DNA of 64,000 bases from Callorhinchus milii (lineage: Eukaryota). Positions within the stretch are counted from its first letter, which is position 1. Each line of letters begins with the position of its first letter. Of this stretch, positions 51,857-64,000 are shown piece by piece. The notes under the pieces were generated by a model that made no database searches, was not told the origin of the DNA, and saw only the letters and a program-made list of their open reading frames with translations. The position numbers and the translations under genes are program-made. Location of the stretch: the NCBI RefSeq assembly GCF_018977255.1, contig NW_024704743.1, positions 85,128,001 through 85,192,000 of the forward strand, read 5' to 3'.

Positions 51857-52222
51857 TTAATAATCCTTACAATTGATGTAGCATATTTTATGTTGAGAGG
51901 ACGTCTCAAAGAGCTTCATATAAATTAAAGTATAGTGACTGTATTTGCACACAGCAATGTCCCACATTCAACCAAGTGAATTACTCATTTTATTTGGTAG
52001 GTTGTTGGCCAAGACATTGGGAGGAAAGACTGCCTTTTTTTTAATAATGTCACAGTAGAAATCTTTAACATGTATCTGAACAGGCAGCTAGGACCCCTCA
52101 TCCGAAGGACAGTACCTCTGGCAAAGCAGCAGACCCACCCCTAGTACTGCATTGGAGATTATGTGGGACTTGAAACCACAGCATTCTGACTTCGAGGTGA
52201 GATTGCTGAACCACGGCTCACA
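51857..52222 (-). mobile_element. Old DeuSINE-like copy
   Basis: Tail, ctcatccgaaggac core, head remnant. Confidence 0.65.
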
Positions 52223-52627
52223 CCTACACATTTGTGTAATTATGAAAAGGAAGTATTATGCTCTGATCATTCGTAAAACGTTATTGATCATTCTCTGACT
52301 GATCCATAATGTTGAGCGACTGTCCAATATCCAGAGACCTGAAATTCCATCTCACCTTATCCGGTTGGACCACTGTAAAATTTTAAGATTGCAGAAAATG
52401 TTTAAATTCTGACTTAATTTGAAGTTATTTCATAGTTCTTGAAAAGGACCAGTTTCCAAATTAAGGTTGAATTTTAGAATTGTCTATTATTCTACATGAT
52501 CTTAAATTTTAAAGTGGCTCTACAGGCTAAGACTAGGTGGAATTTTGTGAAGTTGCATTTTTCGTTGTTTCCTGTTTTTCTTTTGTTTCCTTCTCCTTGT
52601 TTGAGATTTATCATTTGGGATATTAGC

Positions 52628-53145
52628 AAAATTCTTGCTTTTGATGCAGCACATCAAAAACATCTCATAGCACTTCACAGGTAATTGCTGTCAAATGCAG
52701 TGATGGTGTATTTTTGTGGACAAATGCTGCAGCCTATTTGCACACAGCAAGGTTTCACAAACAGCAATAAAGTGAATGACCAACTTATCTGGAGGATTGT
52801 TCGCCAGAACACTGGCAGAAATGCCCTTTGTATAGTGTCATGTAATCTTTTAACATCCACCTGAACAGGGAGACAGAACTTTGGTTTGACATATTGAAAG
52901 ACGACCTACTGTTTACATTTTATTCATAAAATATTATTAAAAGTGTTACTTTGCAGCAACCAGCGCTGCACCTGGACTTTCCTTCTAACCAAATCTTATA
53001 GCTTCTCGCAAATCTTATAATACAGCACTTTCCCTAATACTGTGCTGGCGTACCAGCTTCAACGAGGAGCTCAAGTCGGAAAATAATTGTGGAACAACCT
53101 TCTGACTCTGAAGGGAGAGTGCTATTAACTCAACCAAGCTGACAC
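52628..53145 (-). mobile_element. Old DeuSINE-like copy with internal insertion
   Basis: catccacctgaacagg core; caaccttctgactctgaagggagagtgcta head. Confidence 0.62.
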
Positions 53146-54279
53146 ACTTCATTTGCACAGACGTGGAACTTCAAAGTGGTTTGAAGATCATAAGAGCCTG
53201 GAACTGACAATAATTAGTACCAGCTGAATATATTACTCCTAACGTGAGATTGTATCGATTAACCTCTAGGGCACATCTGAAACACTAAGTTCCATAAAAT
53301 GCAGTTATGTTTATCACTGGGATGGGTCCAGATGCAAGTGGAGACCTGAACCAATATACATAGAAATGGATAATAAATCCATTGCATCTTCTGCAAGACA
53401 GAAATAACTCTTTAAAGCTGATACATTGTTTGCCTTTGTGCTGAAAATACAGGCCCTGGGCTTTTATTCTCACCAAATATTATGCTGAGCATGAATATTC
53501 TTAAGAACATTTCATGTGGGTTAGATTTCACATGATAGGTTGCTTTTGTTTTGACCAATGAAATATAAAAAATAATGAAATTGACCGATTTCGGTTTCTC
53601 TTTCTGCATCTTTCACCTTAAGCCTTTATTATTCCTTCATGCAGAAGAACATAAATGTGTTACCTCTGGCCTGCTGGTATACTGAAGATGAGATGTTTTT
53701 GACTCATCGGTTCTGTCTGCCTGTTTGGTATTTTTTGTTATCTTTTTCTGCCCTTAATGAGTGACTGTAGTAAACAGTGCTGTGACACGGGCAAGAGGAC
53801 ACATTTGTAAACTTAAAACTATCAAATAAATATCCCATGAGTTTTCTTTCTCGTAGCAACTTTCAATGAACATCGAAGGAGAGTTGTTTCTTTTGGTGAT
53901 TTATATCAAGTGCTGATGATCTTCAGATACAAATTGCACAAATCGCTTGCATTTATAAGACGAAAAGCTATATTTCCATGAAAGCTTTAAAGCTTTTAAT
54001 TTTCCTTCGCTTCACACTTCTCCCAGACATCTTGTGTCTTTTAGATCACTTGTAAACCAGAAGCAGAGTTGCTTGGATTCGGCAGGTTAAATGTGTGTGC
54101 TTGCCCCTTCTCAATGGAGTGATACAGAATAAAATAATTATTCCTTACATTTTATACAATGCCTTTCATGTCGGGAGGATGTCTCGAAGCGCTTCACGGA
54201 ATATATGATAAAGTGGAGTGCGCTTACCAGATTGTAGCTAAAGAGCAATTAAATCGACTAGTTTGGAATGGGTCTTGAT

Positions 54280-54697
54280 AAACAACAACAACAACAAGAT
54301 TCCATTTCGAGAGCGCCTTTCACGTCAGGAGGACGTCCCAAGGCGCTGGACAGTTGGGTCAGGACCCGAGCAGGGGGGAAATGGTCAAGGTGAGGGGAGG
54401 GAAGGGAGGGAGCGAGGAGGGGAAGAGAGTCGAGGGGAGCTGAAGGCTGAAGGTCAAAGAGAAAGGTCTTGGGACTGGCCTTGAAGGAGGAAAGGGAGGA
54501 AGCAAGGCGAAGGCACTGGGGGATAGAGTTCCAGAGCCTGGGGGCTGAGAGACTGAAGGCCCGGCCAGCAATGGTAGGGCGGTTGAGGCAGGGGATGTGG
54601 AGCAGACCGGAGCCAGAAGAACGGAGGATACGGGCAGGTAGGTAGGGGGATAGTAGGTCGGAGAGGTAAGAGGGAGCAAGGCCGTGAATGGCACGAG
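54280..54697 (-). mobile_element. Young L2-type LINE 3' end
   Basis: ORF AIHGLAPSYLSDLL..LRS..GRAFSLSAPRLWNSIP..FKASPKTFLF; (ttg)n tail. Confidence 0.92.
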
Positions 54698-55255
54698 ACT
54701 GAGGGCTATGGGGATAAACAAAGAATGAGATGATCGATGCTTTATTATTATACAGCTGGGTCTGTGAGATTTTATCTGTGGATAAAACTAACCAGGGTTG
54801 AAGAATTTTAGGCTTCAAATTTCATGAATGCTTATTATAGAAGTTGAACTGTGGTTTTATGATGTACTTTTAGAGGAAGGTAGTCGTTTGATATTGCAAT
54901 TTGTTTAGTACAATTTGCATTTATATAGCGCACCTCACGCAGGGTAGCGTCACAGAGCACTTGCGTTTAGATGAGAATCAGTATAAATTATATTTGTAAA
55001 CACTGTAACCTATCAAATTAATTGGAAGAAGAGGCTTGTGATGGGGGAAGAGCATGAGATAAATAATGACACTGGCAACAGGATTATTTTGGCAGTCTTT
55101 TTGATCATAAGATCTGGCATGACATTTGAAGGTCTATGTGCAAGACCATTTGGAACTGTGATATCTATGCCAAATGTTGTGCCTTGGCAGTTATTGGTAA
55201 ACCTCATTGATAGCCAATTCTGACCAACGTGGTGTTTATATCTTAATTCACATTA

Positions 55256-55485
55256 CACAACAATAACGTTCATTTATACATTGCCCCTCACACAGGGTAG
55301 CGTCCCAGACCACTTGACAGTGGAGGAGCATGATGCCGAGCCGGGGGGAGGGTGAGGTGACCGTAGGCACGGTTGAATAGGAAGGTCTTCAGACATGACC
55401 TGAAGATGGGGAAGGAAGGCGGAGGGATGGAGGAATAGTGTTCCAGAGTTTGGGGAGTAGTAGCTGAAAACAGCCAACAATGGTG
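55256..55485 (-). mobile_element. L2-type 3' fragment
   Basis: Homologous to 34725-35053 in reverse orientation. Confidence 0.75.
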
Positions 55486-56475
55486 AAACGGAGAAAACAT
55501 AAAGAACGTGGATTTTAATACTGCCTTATATAGTTGAAGGTCTCATTTACAGTAATTATTGTCAAGTGTATTAACTTGACAATAAGCGCTTGCGACGCTA
55601 ACCCACGTGAAGGGCACTATATAAATGCAAATGTTGTTAACTGTTTGCAGAAGTAGTTTACTGGTGGTTAACTGTTTGCAGAAGTAGTGGTCATTTTATG
55701 CATGGTAAAGGCCCATGAAAGGGTATGATTTGACCCACTAAATGAATCACCAATTATTCTGGAGGCCAAGTGCGCATCACTCCTTTGTTCAGAAAGTTGC
55801 TCTCCGTGATCAGTGTGTTAGAATAAATTGTTCAGAGAGGAAAGGAAACAGCAGGTGGAGCAGTACGTGATTGTAACCTTCTGTACAATGAGGTTGTTGG
55901 CAGTTTCTTTTCTTAGTAAGAATTCAAACAAGATGCCGAAGGCTGGAAGGAGATTAGGTGGCGATAGACTATGCTTGCTTTGGGGAAAAAAGATAAGATT
56001 ATGCTTTCAGAAACATCACAGAAGTAGATGGCCCATTTTAAATGTTTTTCAGCCTCACTGCAAAGCTTTAGAGACCGACTGTAAGCATTGCAATCCCCCT
56101 AATTCCTTCAATGCAGTGTGATTTCTTGTTGGGTGTGAAAATTTCACCTGACTTTCCTGCTGAGGCTTCTTAATGGTGCTAGCTCCTTTGCATGTATTTC
56201 TCTGGGTTCAAACATCCAACAGCATTCAGGAATCTGAGGGTTAATTGCACATCGGAAATAATTCCCGTCTTATGTTGATCGAAATGAGAACAATTTGTTG
56301 CAATGCCTCCATGCATTCAAGTGCTGAAGTCTTGTATTGATTTTTTCTAACTGATCACACTCCCTGGTCGGTTTTTTTGAAGAAATAAAATGACAATGAG
56401 GTTTAGAATTGATGATAAGGAACTAGCCTGCAGACATTTGGGTGGGTGTTGTTGTAGTTACACAGTCGCTATTAT

Positions 56476-57649
56476 TGTAACCGATATTAGGTTAAATCAT
56501 TTTATATTTGTTTGCAAACATGAAGGGAGTGAGGACTTTATGGTCCTTTATTACAGTGATTGAATTTTGTAAGCAAATGCAGCCATTTTGCACATAACAA
56601 AGTCCCACTGTTGGAAAATAAAATCAGCCATAATCCGTTTGCAACCAGATATCAGACTGTTTTATTAGTATTCGTTCATTATTCCCCAATATCCGATGGG
56701 TCAGACCAAAGGCCGGTACAATCAACAGATCTTATAACAGAATAATACCACCGTAGATATCTCGAGTTCAACACTGTGTCTTTACAGCACACAAGCTTGA
56801 TTCTTCATGCTTTCAGTCTTCTTGCTTCCAATCTTCCATCTGATATCCTCAGTCTTAGTGTTTCTAGCTCTCAGTCTTCCATCTCCCGTACCCTTGTCTC
56901 CGCAGCCCGGGACGGCCCCATCTCCCGTACCCTTGTCTCCGCGACCCAGGACGGCCCCATCTCCCGTATCCTTGTCTCCGCGACCCGGGACGGCCCCATC
57001 TCCCGTATCCTTGTCTCCGCGACCCGGGGCGGCTCCATCTCCCGTATCCTTGTCTCCGCGACCCGGGACGGCCCCGTACACAAAGTTATCAGAACTCTTA
57101 TACCGATGTTCGTCCAATCATGGTGCGGACATTAGATCACCTGCCGAAATCATGCTGGGTGTACGTGTCTCAGCGCACACACATTGCCCTTAAGACCCCT
57201 GTAATCTGATCTAATTGTCTAAAGTAGAGGATTGATCAGTTTAGGGCTGTATCTGGTGCTCATTATTTTGTGGTGTGGGATCATTAGTACATTCCTTTTA
57301 AGTGACTGGTTATTTCTTATCAGTATCCCGGGATGGTACCAAGGTCCTCTAGTCTAAGCAACTTGCTCATTAGTTGCTATTCTATTCTTGAGGGTTGCCT
57401 TCTGTCGCTTGGCAGGTCCTGTCAGAATCTAGCGACTGATTGCTAAGTCGAGATCTTGTGTCAACCGGTACCTTGGACTGTTATCTCTGTGGGCGCGTTG
57501 TCATTTACTGATAAGAGGTGACCCTCTGCCCTTTTCCAAAGCTGTCCTGTTATTCTTTCGAAAACAGAGAAAACCAGATGTGTCCTATCCCATGACTGTC
57601 AGTCCAGTTGCCCCTCACACTTAACTTAAAAGTTAACCCATTCACAACA
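56476..57649 (-). mobile_element. Probable solo LTR (~1.17 kb)
   Basis: Minus strand starts TGTTGTG and ends GGTTACA; ATTGG box (57114-18), TATAAGA (57096-102) and AATAAA (56661-66) in U3-R-U5 order; CpG-rich; target-site duplication not clean. Confidence 0.6.
56879..57078. repeat. 39-bp minisatellite, ~5 copies
   Basis: Unit ccatctcccgtatccttgtctccgcgacccgggacggcc. Confidence 0.93.
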
Positions 57650-57704
57650 TATATTATGATTCTAGGAGTATACAAAAAGTGTATATTCTAACACCACCTA
57701 CAAT

Positions 57705-57852
57705 TTTATCTGGGAGATTGTTAGCCAGGACACAGGGAGAAACTCCTTTCTGTTTTTGATTAATGTCATGGGATCTTTAATGTCCACCTGAACAGGCAGA
57801 TGGGGCCTTACTTTTTAACATCTCATTTGAAGAATGTTACATCTGACAATGC
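57705..57852 (-). mobile_element. DeuSINE core fragment
   Basis: catgggatctttaatgtccacctgaacaggcagatggggcct. Confidence 0.7.
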
Positions 57853-58311
57853 CACAAGACAGTGATATAAACGTCATTGAAACACATCATATTTTCCTCT
57901 CTGTTACTCTTAATTTCTTTGTATCTTTAAATCTCTCTTCCTGTCATTGGTCTTTGCATCTCTTGACTTTCCCCACAGTAATCTGATGACTAGAAACATA
58001 TTTTTCCCACAATTGCTAGGTCACATTTGATTTCATCCTACCTGCACATCCACCTTAACTTTCTCCCATTACAGTACCAAGGTGTTTCTTAAATGAGTCC
58101 AGCGTCCTGGCCTCTACCACTCTTCCTGGTAACTTAATTAAACTATTAATAAGGAAATACTTCCTGCCATGAAATTACCTTGACTCTGTGCCCACTTGTT
58201 CTGTTGCCTTCATTTTTCTGAAAGTACTGCTCTGACTTAACTTTCTCAATCCCATTTAATATCTTGTATACTCCTTACCTCCATCACACCAGTCTTTGCC
58301 AGGTTCCACTG

Positions 58312-58701
58312 ACATTCACCGAATTGATCGATTTCAAGATCCTCTCACTCGTTTTCAAATGACTTAATTCCCTCACACCTCCCTCTCTATCTGACCTGCT
58401 TACCCCCCACTCCACTACTCTCTGCCTCTGGCCTCCTATTTGTCCCTCATGCCCTCCGTTCCACCATCGGTGGCCGTACCTTCATCCACTACGCCCTGGA
58501 ATTCTGAAACTTTCTTGCTCAATTCCTCCACCTTGTCCCCTCCCTCCCCACTTTCAAATCCCCTCTAAAGACATACCTTTTTGATCAAGCTTATGGTCCC
58601 CCCTCCCTCTCCCCAGGCTCATTGTCAAACTCCGCAATGTGAAGCGCTCCAGGACGCTACCCCCCCCCCCGTGAAGGGCACTATATAAATGCAAGTTATT
58701 G
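58312..58701 (+). mobile_element. L2-type LINE 3' fragment
   Basis: gatttcaagatcctctcactcgttttcaaa...gtgaagggcactatataaatgcaagtt. Confidence 0.82.
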
Positions 58702-59295
58702 TACTTCTATAAGATCTCTTGAGCTACCCTGACAAGACCATTACTGTTGCTGCTTTGACTTGCCTGGGGGGTGGGAGAAAAACACGTGTGCCACACAAAT
58801 CTTCATAAATTAGAAATGATGACATCCATTAGAATAATATTTTTCTCTTATCATTTGTCCAATGATTTTCTTGCTTACATGTTATATACAAATGTTGTAT
58901 TTCTATTTTCACAACATAAATTGAGTTAAAAATAGCGGTGGTTATTAAAATAACATAAATGCACCTCTCGCCAGCTAAAACTCCTTGGGATGTAAAGCAC
59001 CTCTAGGGAAACCTGTGCAAGTCTTGCCAGCCTCAAGCTCATCTAAGAGTCATGTTCTTGGGTTCGGCAGGGCATGCACAGGTTCCCGGGAGAAGATGAA
59101 TTTTGGTATTTTTTCTGATGCTATTTACATTCCATTTTCCTGATTAGCTTTTTTTGAAACCCAGCTAGAAATTCTACCTATTTAATATTGATTTTTATTG
59201 TATTAAGTTCTGTCCGTGGCATTGTCACCATATTGGGTTTTTATATATAGTGAGGGCCACCAAGGTTACCCTGAAATGTGACTGCTTATATATCT

Positions 59296-59604
59296 GTCCT
59301 ATAGCTCAGTAGTTAGAGCACTCATCTTGCAAACGAGAGACCTGGGTTCGATTCCCGGCAGGGCAAAACTTTGAGCAAGTCTCCTTACTCCACACGCCTA
59401 ATAATAATCCCTCAAGAAAAAAAAACAATAATAAAATTGGTAATTTCAATGCACGACTGTTTGTGGGACACTGCTGTGCGCAATTGGCTGCCGAGTTTTG
59501 CCCACAGATATACCTGCAATTCACTTTACAGTATATTCTGTGAAGCATTTTGAGATGTCTAGAAGACGTAAAAAGCGCTATATCAAATGCAAGGATTATT
59601 ATTA
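59296..59604 (+). mobile_element. tRNA-Ala-headed SINE, short form
   Basis: Head with ggttcgattcc B box through (att)n tail. Confidence 0.9.
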
Positions 59605-61889
59605 TCTCATTAAAATAGGCAGTGGATATCATAACCCATGCCATGAATGAAATGTAAGCCAACGCAGGTGGTAACTGAAAGAGTTGAGACATTTTTTAAC
59701 AACACAGTGTTACTCTGGAAGATCAGAACGTAATATTGTGGAGCAACCACAGCAAATTTAATAAGAGTGATGTATGTTTTGTGTTGACGACACAGCATGG
59801 GATTGTTCAACCAAAAAAATAGATCCATCGATGGCTAAAGGAGTATAAGCAATAACTGAATCGTTATACCATCTTTAATGAGTGTCTGCGCACTCCCACC
59901 TTCTCTAATTTGCAGAATTTTACCCCCTTTACAAATGGGCTTCTTTTGTCCCACCTCTCTCTGTTCGCAAGCAGGTCCAGTCAGTAAAGATGAGCACAAA
60001 TTGATGGGTAGCAATATTAGTTTTAACAAGTACTCTTAAAAGTACTCTTAAAAGTTTTAACAAGTACTCTTAAAAGTATTCCTTATTGAATGTTACTAAG
60101 GTAATGTTGCTTGATTGCCTTGTTAATTCGTGAATATTTTGCGCCTTGTTACATTCGTGAATATTGTTTGTACTGGATAATTCAAACCTCTGTACCAACG
60201 TATCCTCCTAATGCCTCCATAATATCTGGAGCAATTCTCACTCTTAGAGTTATACACCTTAGAATTATATGCACGATGATGTTACTATTGTGTCACTTCT
60301 ATCATTATCAGTGCAGCATTATTTGAGTTTAATAACAGATGCATTTTAGGTGGAAAAAATATATTTTTTAGAAGAAACAGAAACGCCAAAAATATTTAAA
60401 TGTGGGTTTAGGTTATTTTGACCATTGACCCTTCATGAGTACTTGGTTAAGGTTGTAAAAATGCACCAACTTTGGTAGCCCAGTAATGCATTGATGTTGC
60501 GATCCTACATACTGTTTTATGGGGTAAAGAGAGGGGGAGATCAAGTGGAAGCTCCACAGAGCCTGTTTCTTATTGTACAAAGTTTATTGGACCTCTAAGT
60601 GCTACTTACAAGAAAGCAGAAATATCCAGTTTAGGGACTATTAGCAATGAGGTGGAATGAAATGAGAAATGTGCTTCAGCCATAAACCTTCATGAGTCAT
60701 TTAACTTTGTGCCGTGGGAAATTCTTTATGAGCACTGACTGCAGGGCCAATGTGGCAAGTCCAGTTAGTCAGGGCTCTTATGTGCTACTGATTGCAGATG
60801 TTTTGAAGTTGATCAGTTGTGATAATTTTGCACAGCACTCCTTCCTGCCCTCAGTCCAGCAAGTCATTTCCCCATTTTCGTTCATTTTTATAAATAATTC
60901 GCCCACCTCTCTTAGCAAGCAGTCCAATAAGTAAAGATAAGCACAAGCCAAAGGGCAGCAATCTCAATACAGTTTTAACATGGTTCTCTTAAAAGTATTC
61001 CTTCTTGCCATTGCTATGGTAGTGAACCCTTTAAATTACTGGAGAAGGAAGACAAAGTAAATGCCACCTTTTACAAGATAATGATCCGAAGTCAGCTCTT
61101 CCATACTGTGCTTTTTTTGTATTGAGGCCACAGGCAGCTTGGTAACTGCATGTATTACTGGGCACTTCTATGGGGCCTGGTGGAAATCTTGCTTATGGTG
61201 ACTGTTTAATAATATTGCTGAAAGGCATTCTTGGTAAAATGGGGAATGTGTTGCAAAATATAGGCATGAAGGTTCTGGTGCAGAATGAATTATGGGCAGC
61301 TAACAGGACAGGTTGACTGCACTGTCTGGAAAGAGCTCCCTGGATAGGAAAGGGATAGGAACATTGCCTGACTATTTTGCTCCCTGTTCCAATGATTTTT
61401 AAGCTAATTGTAGTTTCTCAACTCCCCCATCACCACCAGCTGTCTGAGTTGAGACCAATAAATATAATATGGACTAGGGATCAAACTTGGAGCTTTGCAG
61501 TCTGTATTGCTCACTTTCACACTTTGCCGTAACTTTGATGTAATTTATTGCAAAGGAAAGTAATTCCAGCTTAGCCTCTTTTACACCATCTCCCAAAGTC
61601 TGGTTACAGAGAGGCTTGCAGTTAGGTGCATATCCAAGTCGTGATTGCCTGAAATTCCACCTATACCAGAGACTTCTTAAGTTAGGGCCAACTCTCTTAG
61701 GACCATTTCTTAAACACTGTAACCGTAATCCAGAATGATCCCACCCCATTCCCATCACAACAAGACAAATTGGCCTCATTTTACCAAAGGCTTAAATAAG
61801 ATAACATGAAACAAGAAAAAGCCATTTGAATCATCAAGCCCGTTCTTCCTGTAGACCATGTGACTTGGCTTATTGCTTCATCAACTCTG

Positions 61890-62065
61890 GATCGACTTCA
61901 AGATTCTCACACTCGTCCACAAATCCTTTCATGCTCTGGCATCTCCCTAGCTCTCCGACATGCTTATTCGCCACTCCCCCACCTGCTGCCTCTGCTCGGC
62001 TGGCTCCAGCCTCCTGCTTGTCCCCTCCACTCACAATCGATGGCTGCGCTTTCAGCCAATCTGCC
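61890..62065 (+). mobile_element. L2-type fragment
   Basis: gacttcaagattctcacactcgtccacaaatcctttcatg, homologous to other L2 copies. Confidence 0.7.
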
Positions 62066-63059
62066 CCGTTACCTCTGGGGATTATTCTCGTTGCTCTCCT
62101 CTGCACCACATCAAGAGTCTGGTCAATGCCTTGATGACAAGACCTGCCGTACTCTATGTGAGGCCTGACGGGAACACTGCAGTACACTATAACTTGAGCC
62201 TGGGGACCTTAATACCATCCATGGAGTATATGTTTACGATTCTTACTTCCTATTTGTTGTACCTTGCATTTAACCTATTGAACTTCATTCCTGGAAATTA
62301 AAAAGAATTGATGGTTATTAGATGATGAAATAGATATGTGGAAGGAATTATTTGGGAATTTAGGTGGGTAGACGAGGTGAACTAATCATGTAATCCTTCC
62401 TGAAGCTCTTACCTTGTTACTGTATATAATTCATTGGAGCAAAATATTGGACACTCTTTCCAGTGAGCATAAATCCTTACTTAGGACTTAGCATTTTTCT
62501 TTCTCTTGCATTCTATGACGCTCTCTGTGACTGACAAAGTGGAGTGATGAATTGTGTCTCTTTTCCCCTTGTCCTTCTCAGCATGTGATTTAATGTCTGC
62601 TATTTCAGTTTGACTGCTGCTATTTTCGGTTATTATGTTTTGGTGCTCACGATTGTAGGCGTGGGTAAGATATACTGACCACCATTTACTGTTTAGTGAG
62701 AGAGAACTCTGGTCCCTTCCTGTCTGCCTCTCCCCTCAAGGATGAAATGGAGATGTGAAATTGTGTTTAAATGTCATGGGAATGGAATTGAATGGATAGC
62801 TTTTTCAGAGACCTGGCCTGGGCAGGACTGGCTGAAGGGCTTCTTTGCGTGTTCTAAAATTTTCTGATTCAATGAATTAGGAGCAGTACAGCCTTCTCGT
62901 CTGAAGGATTTGTTGTGTTTGTGTATTGATTTTTTTTTTGGTTTGTTGGTTTGCCAGAAGAGGTATCACATTGGTAGGTGAGGTTCAATCAGACTTATTT
63001 TGGTGCGCGAGCAGTAGGAGAGGATTGGAGGTGGGGGGAGTTACTTTGTTGTAGTTCAA

Positions 63060-63341
63060 CCCCACTCTCCCATTGGAAATTGAGCCTTTAGTCTTTCTGC
63101 ACCCACCATCTGGAACTCCACCCCGTAGCCCCTCCGACTTGCCCCATCCCTTGCCTCCTTCAAGACCCATCTCAAAACCTTCCTTTTCGTCCGCGTCTTC
63201 AGTCATCTTCCCACCACCACCTCAATTACCCATCACCCCTCTGGCTCCAGCCTGCAGCTCGGGTGCAAACCCTTCACTATCTTGTACCTTGGGACATGCT
63301 CCCAATGTGAAAGGCGCTATATAAATACAATTTGTTGTTGT
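63060..63341 (+). mobile_element. L2-type 3' fragment
   Basis: tctggaactcc..ccttcaagacccatctcaaaacc; tail gtgaaaggcgctatataaat..ttgttgttg. Confidence 0.78.
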
Positions 63342-63502
63342 ATTTCTTTTTGTTTGTTCAGAGCTCATTTGTGCTTATTTCCCAGCCCATCCGGCCCTGG
63401 CAGGATTTCTTTCTCCTCTTGTCTGTGGCGAACTTGCTGCCAACCTCTAGTGTTGTGTATATTGATGTCCGGAATGAAAATGTAATCAGCTTTTGGACAT
63501 AC

Positions 63503-63831
63503 AATAATAATGATAATTGTTGGATTTATCACGTTGTTGAGACGTCTCAAAGAGCTTCACAGAATATACTGCAAAGTGAATTGACTGTATATTTTATGGG
63601 CGAAAATGCGGCAGCCAAATGAGCACAGCAGTGTCCCACAAACAGTCATGGATTAAGTGACCAAATTAGCGCGATCCACCAATCGACAAACAACCAGGTT
63701 CCTACTTACTGCTAGGTAAACAGGCGTGTGAAGTAAGGAATCTTTCCGAAGGTTTCGCCCTCCCGGGAATCAAACCCGGGTCCTCTCGCTTGTGAGGCGA
63801 GTGCTCTAACCAATATGCTACAGAACTCCAC
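63503..63831 (-). mobile_element. tRNA-headed SINE, long-form variant
   Basis: Head to tail on minus strand, includes middle segment. Confidence 0.88.
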
Positions 63832-64000
63832 GGGGGACTGTTTTTACAGACTCTCACCATCTCTGTGTGCCTTTCAAATTATTGTGGCAGGAAGAAAATT
63901 GAGAAGACTCGCACTGCTTAAAATTAATGCAAACCAACAGGAATTTGTTTGTAGATCTATAGTTTCTTACTCTGAATATTTGCACTGGGGCATAAAATGT

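Noticed and set aside
56776..57193. Repetitive ORFs in four frames; superficially CRISPR- or collagen-like
   Set aside because: Contiguous 39-bp tandem units without spacers; eukaryotic context
42348..64000. Search for CTDP1 exon 12 (VDDILGEGSDDSD)
   Set aside because: No matching coding sequence seen; presumably lies beyond the window

Overview
Eukaryotic (vertebrate) genomic DNA containing the middle of CTDP1 (FCP1, RNA polymerase II CTD phosphatase) on the + strand. Six coding exons splice in frame with canonical AG/GT boundaries: 3175-3265, 6874-7040, 7860-9017, 26665-26806, 29366-29596 and 42170-42347. They correspond to human exons 6-11 as I recall them; the 5' exons and the last exons lie outside the window. 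The rest is repeat-rich intron: a young tRNA-Ala-headed SINE (9 full-length copies, long and short forms), older DeuSINE/SacSINE1-like copies, CR1 and L2 LINE fragments, a Tigger-like MITE, a Penelope-like remnant with a decayed hammerhead core, a probable antisense solo LTR carrying a 39-bp VNTR, and microsatellites. The repeat repertoire suggests a cartilaginous fish, possibly a chimaera (inference). Most ORFs in the track are repeat-derived or chance. No clearly novel multi-gene system is present. The best leads are two candidate stop-containing cassette exons with hairpin-masked 5' splice sites in intron 7, inverted SINE arrays, the solo LTR and a candidate antisense exon. Repeat boundaries were placed by eye and are approximate, and family names come from memory rather than a search.
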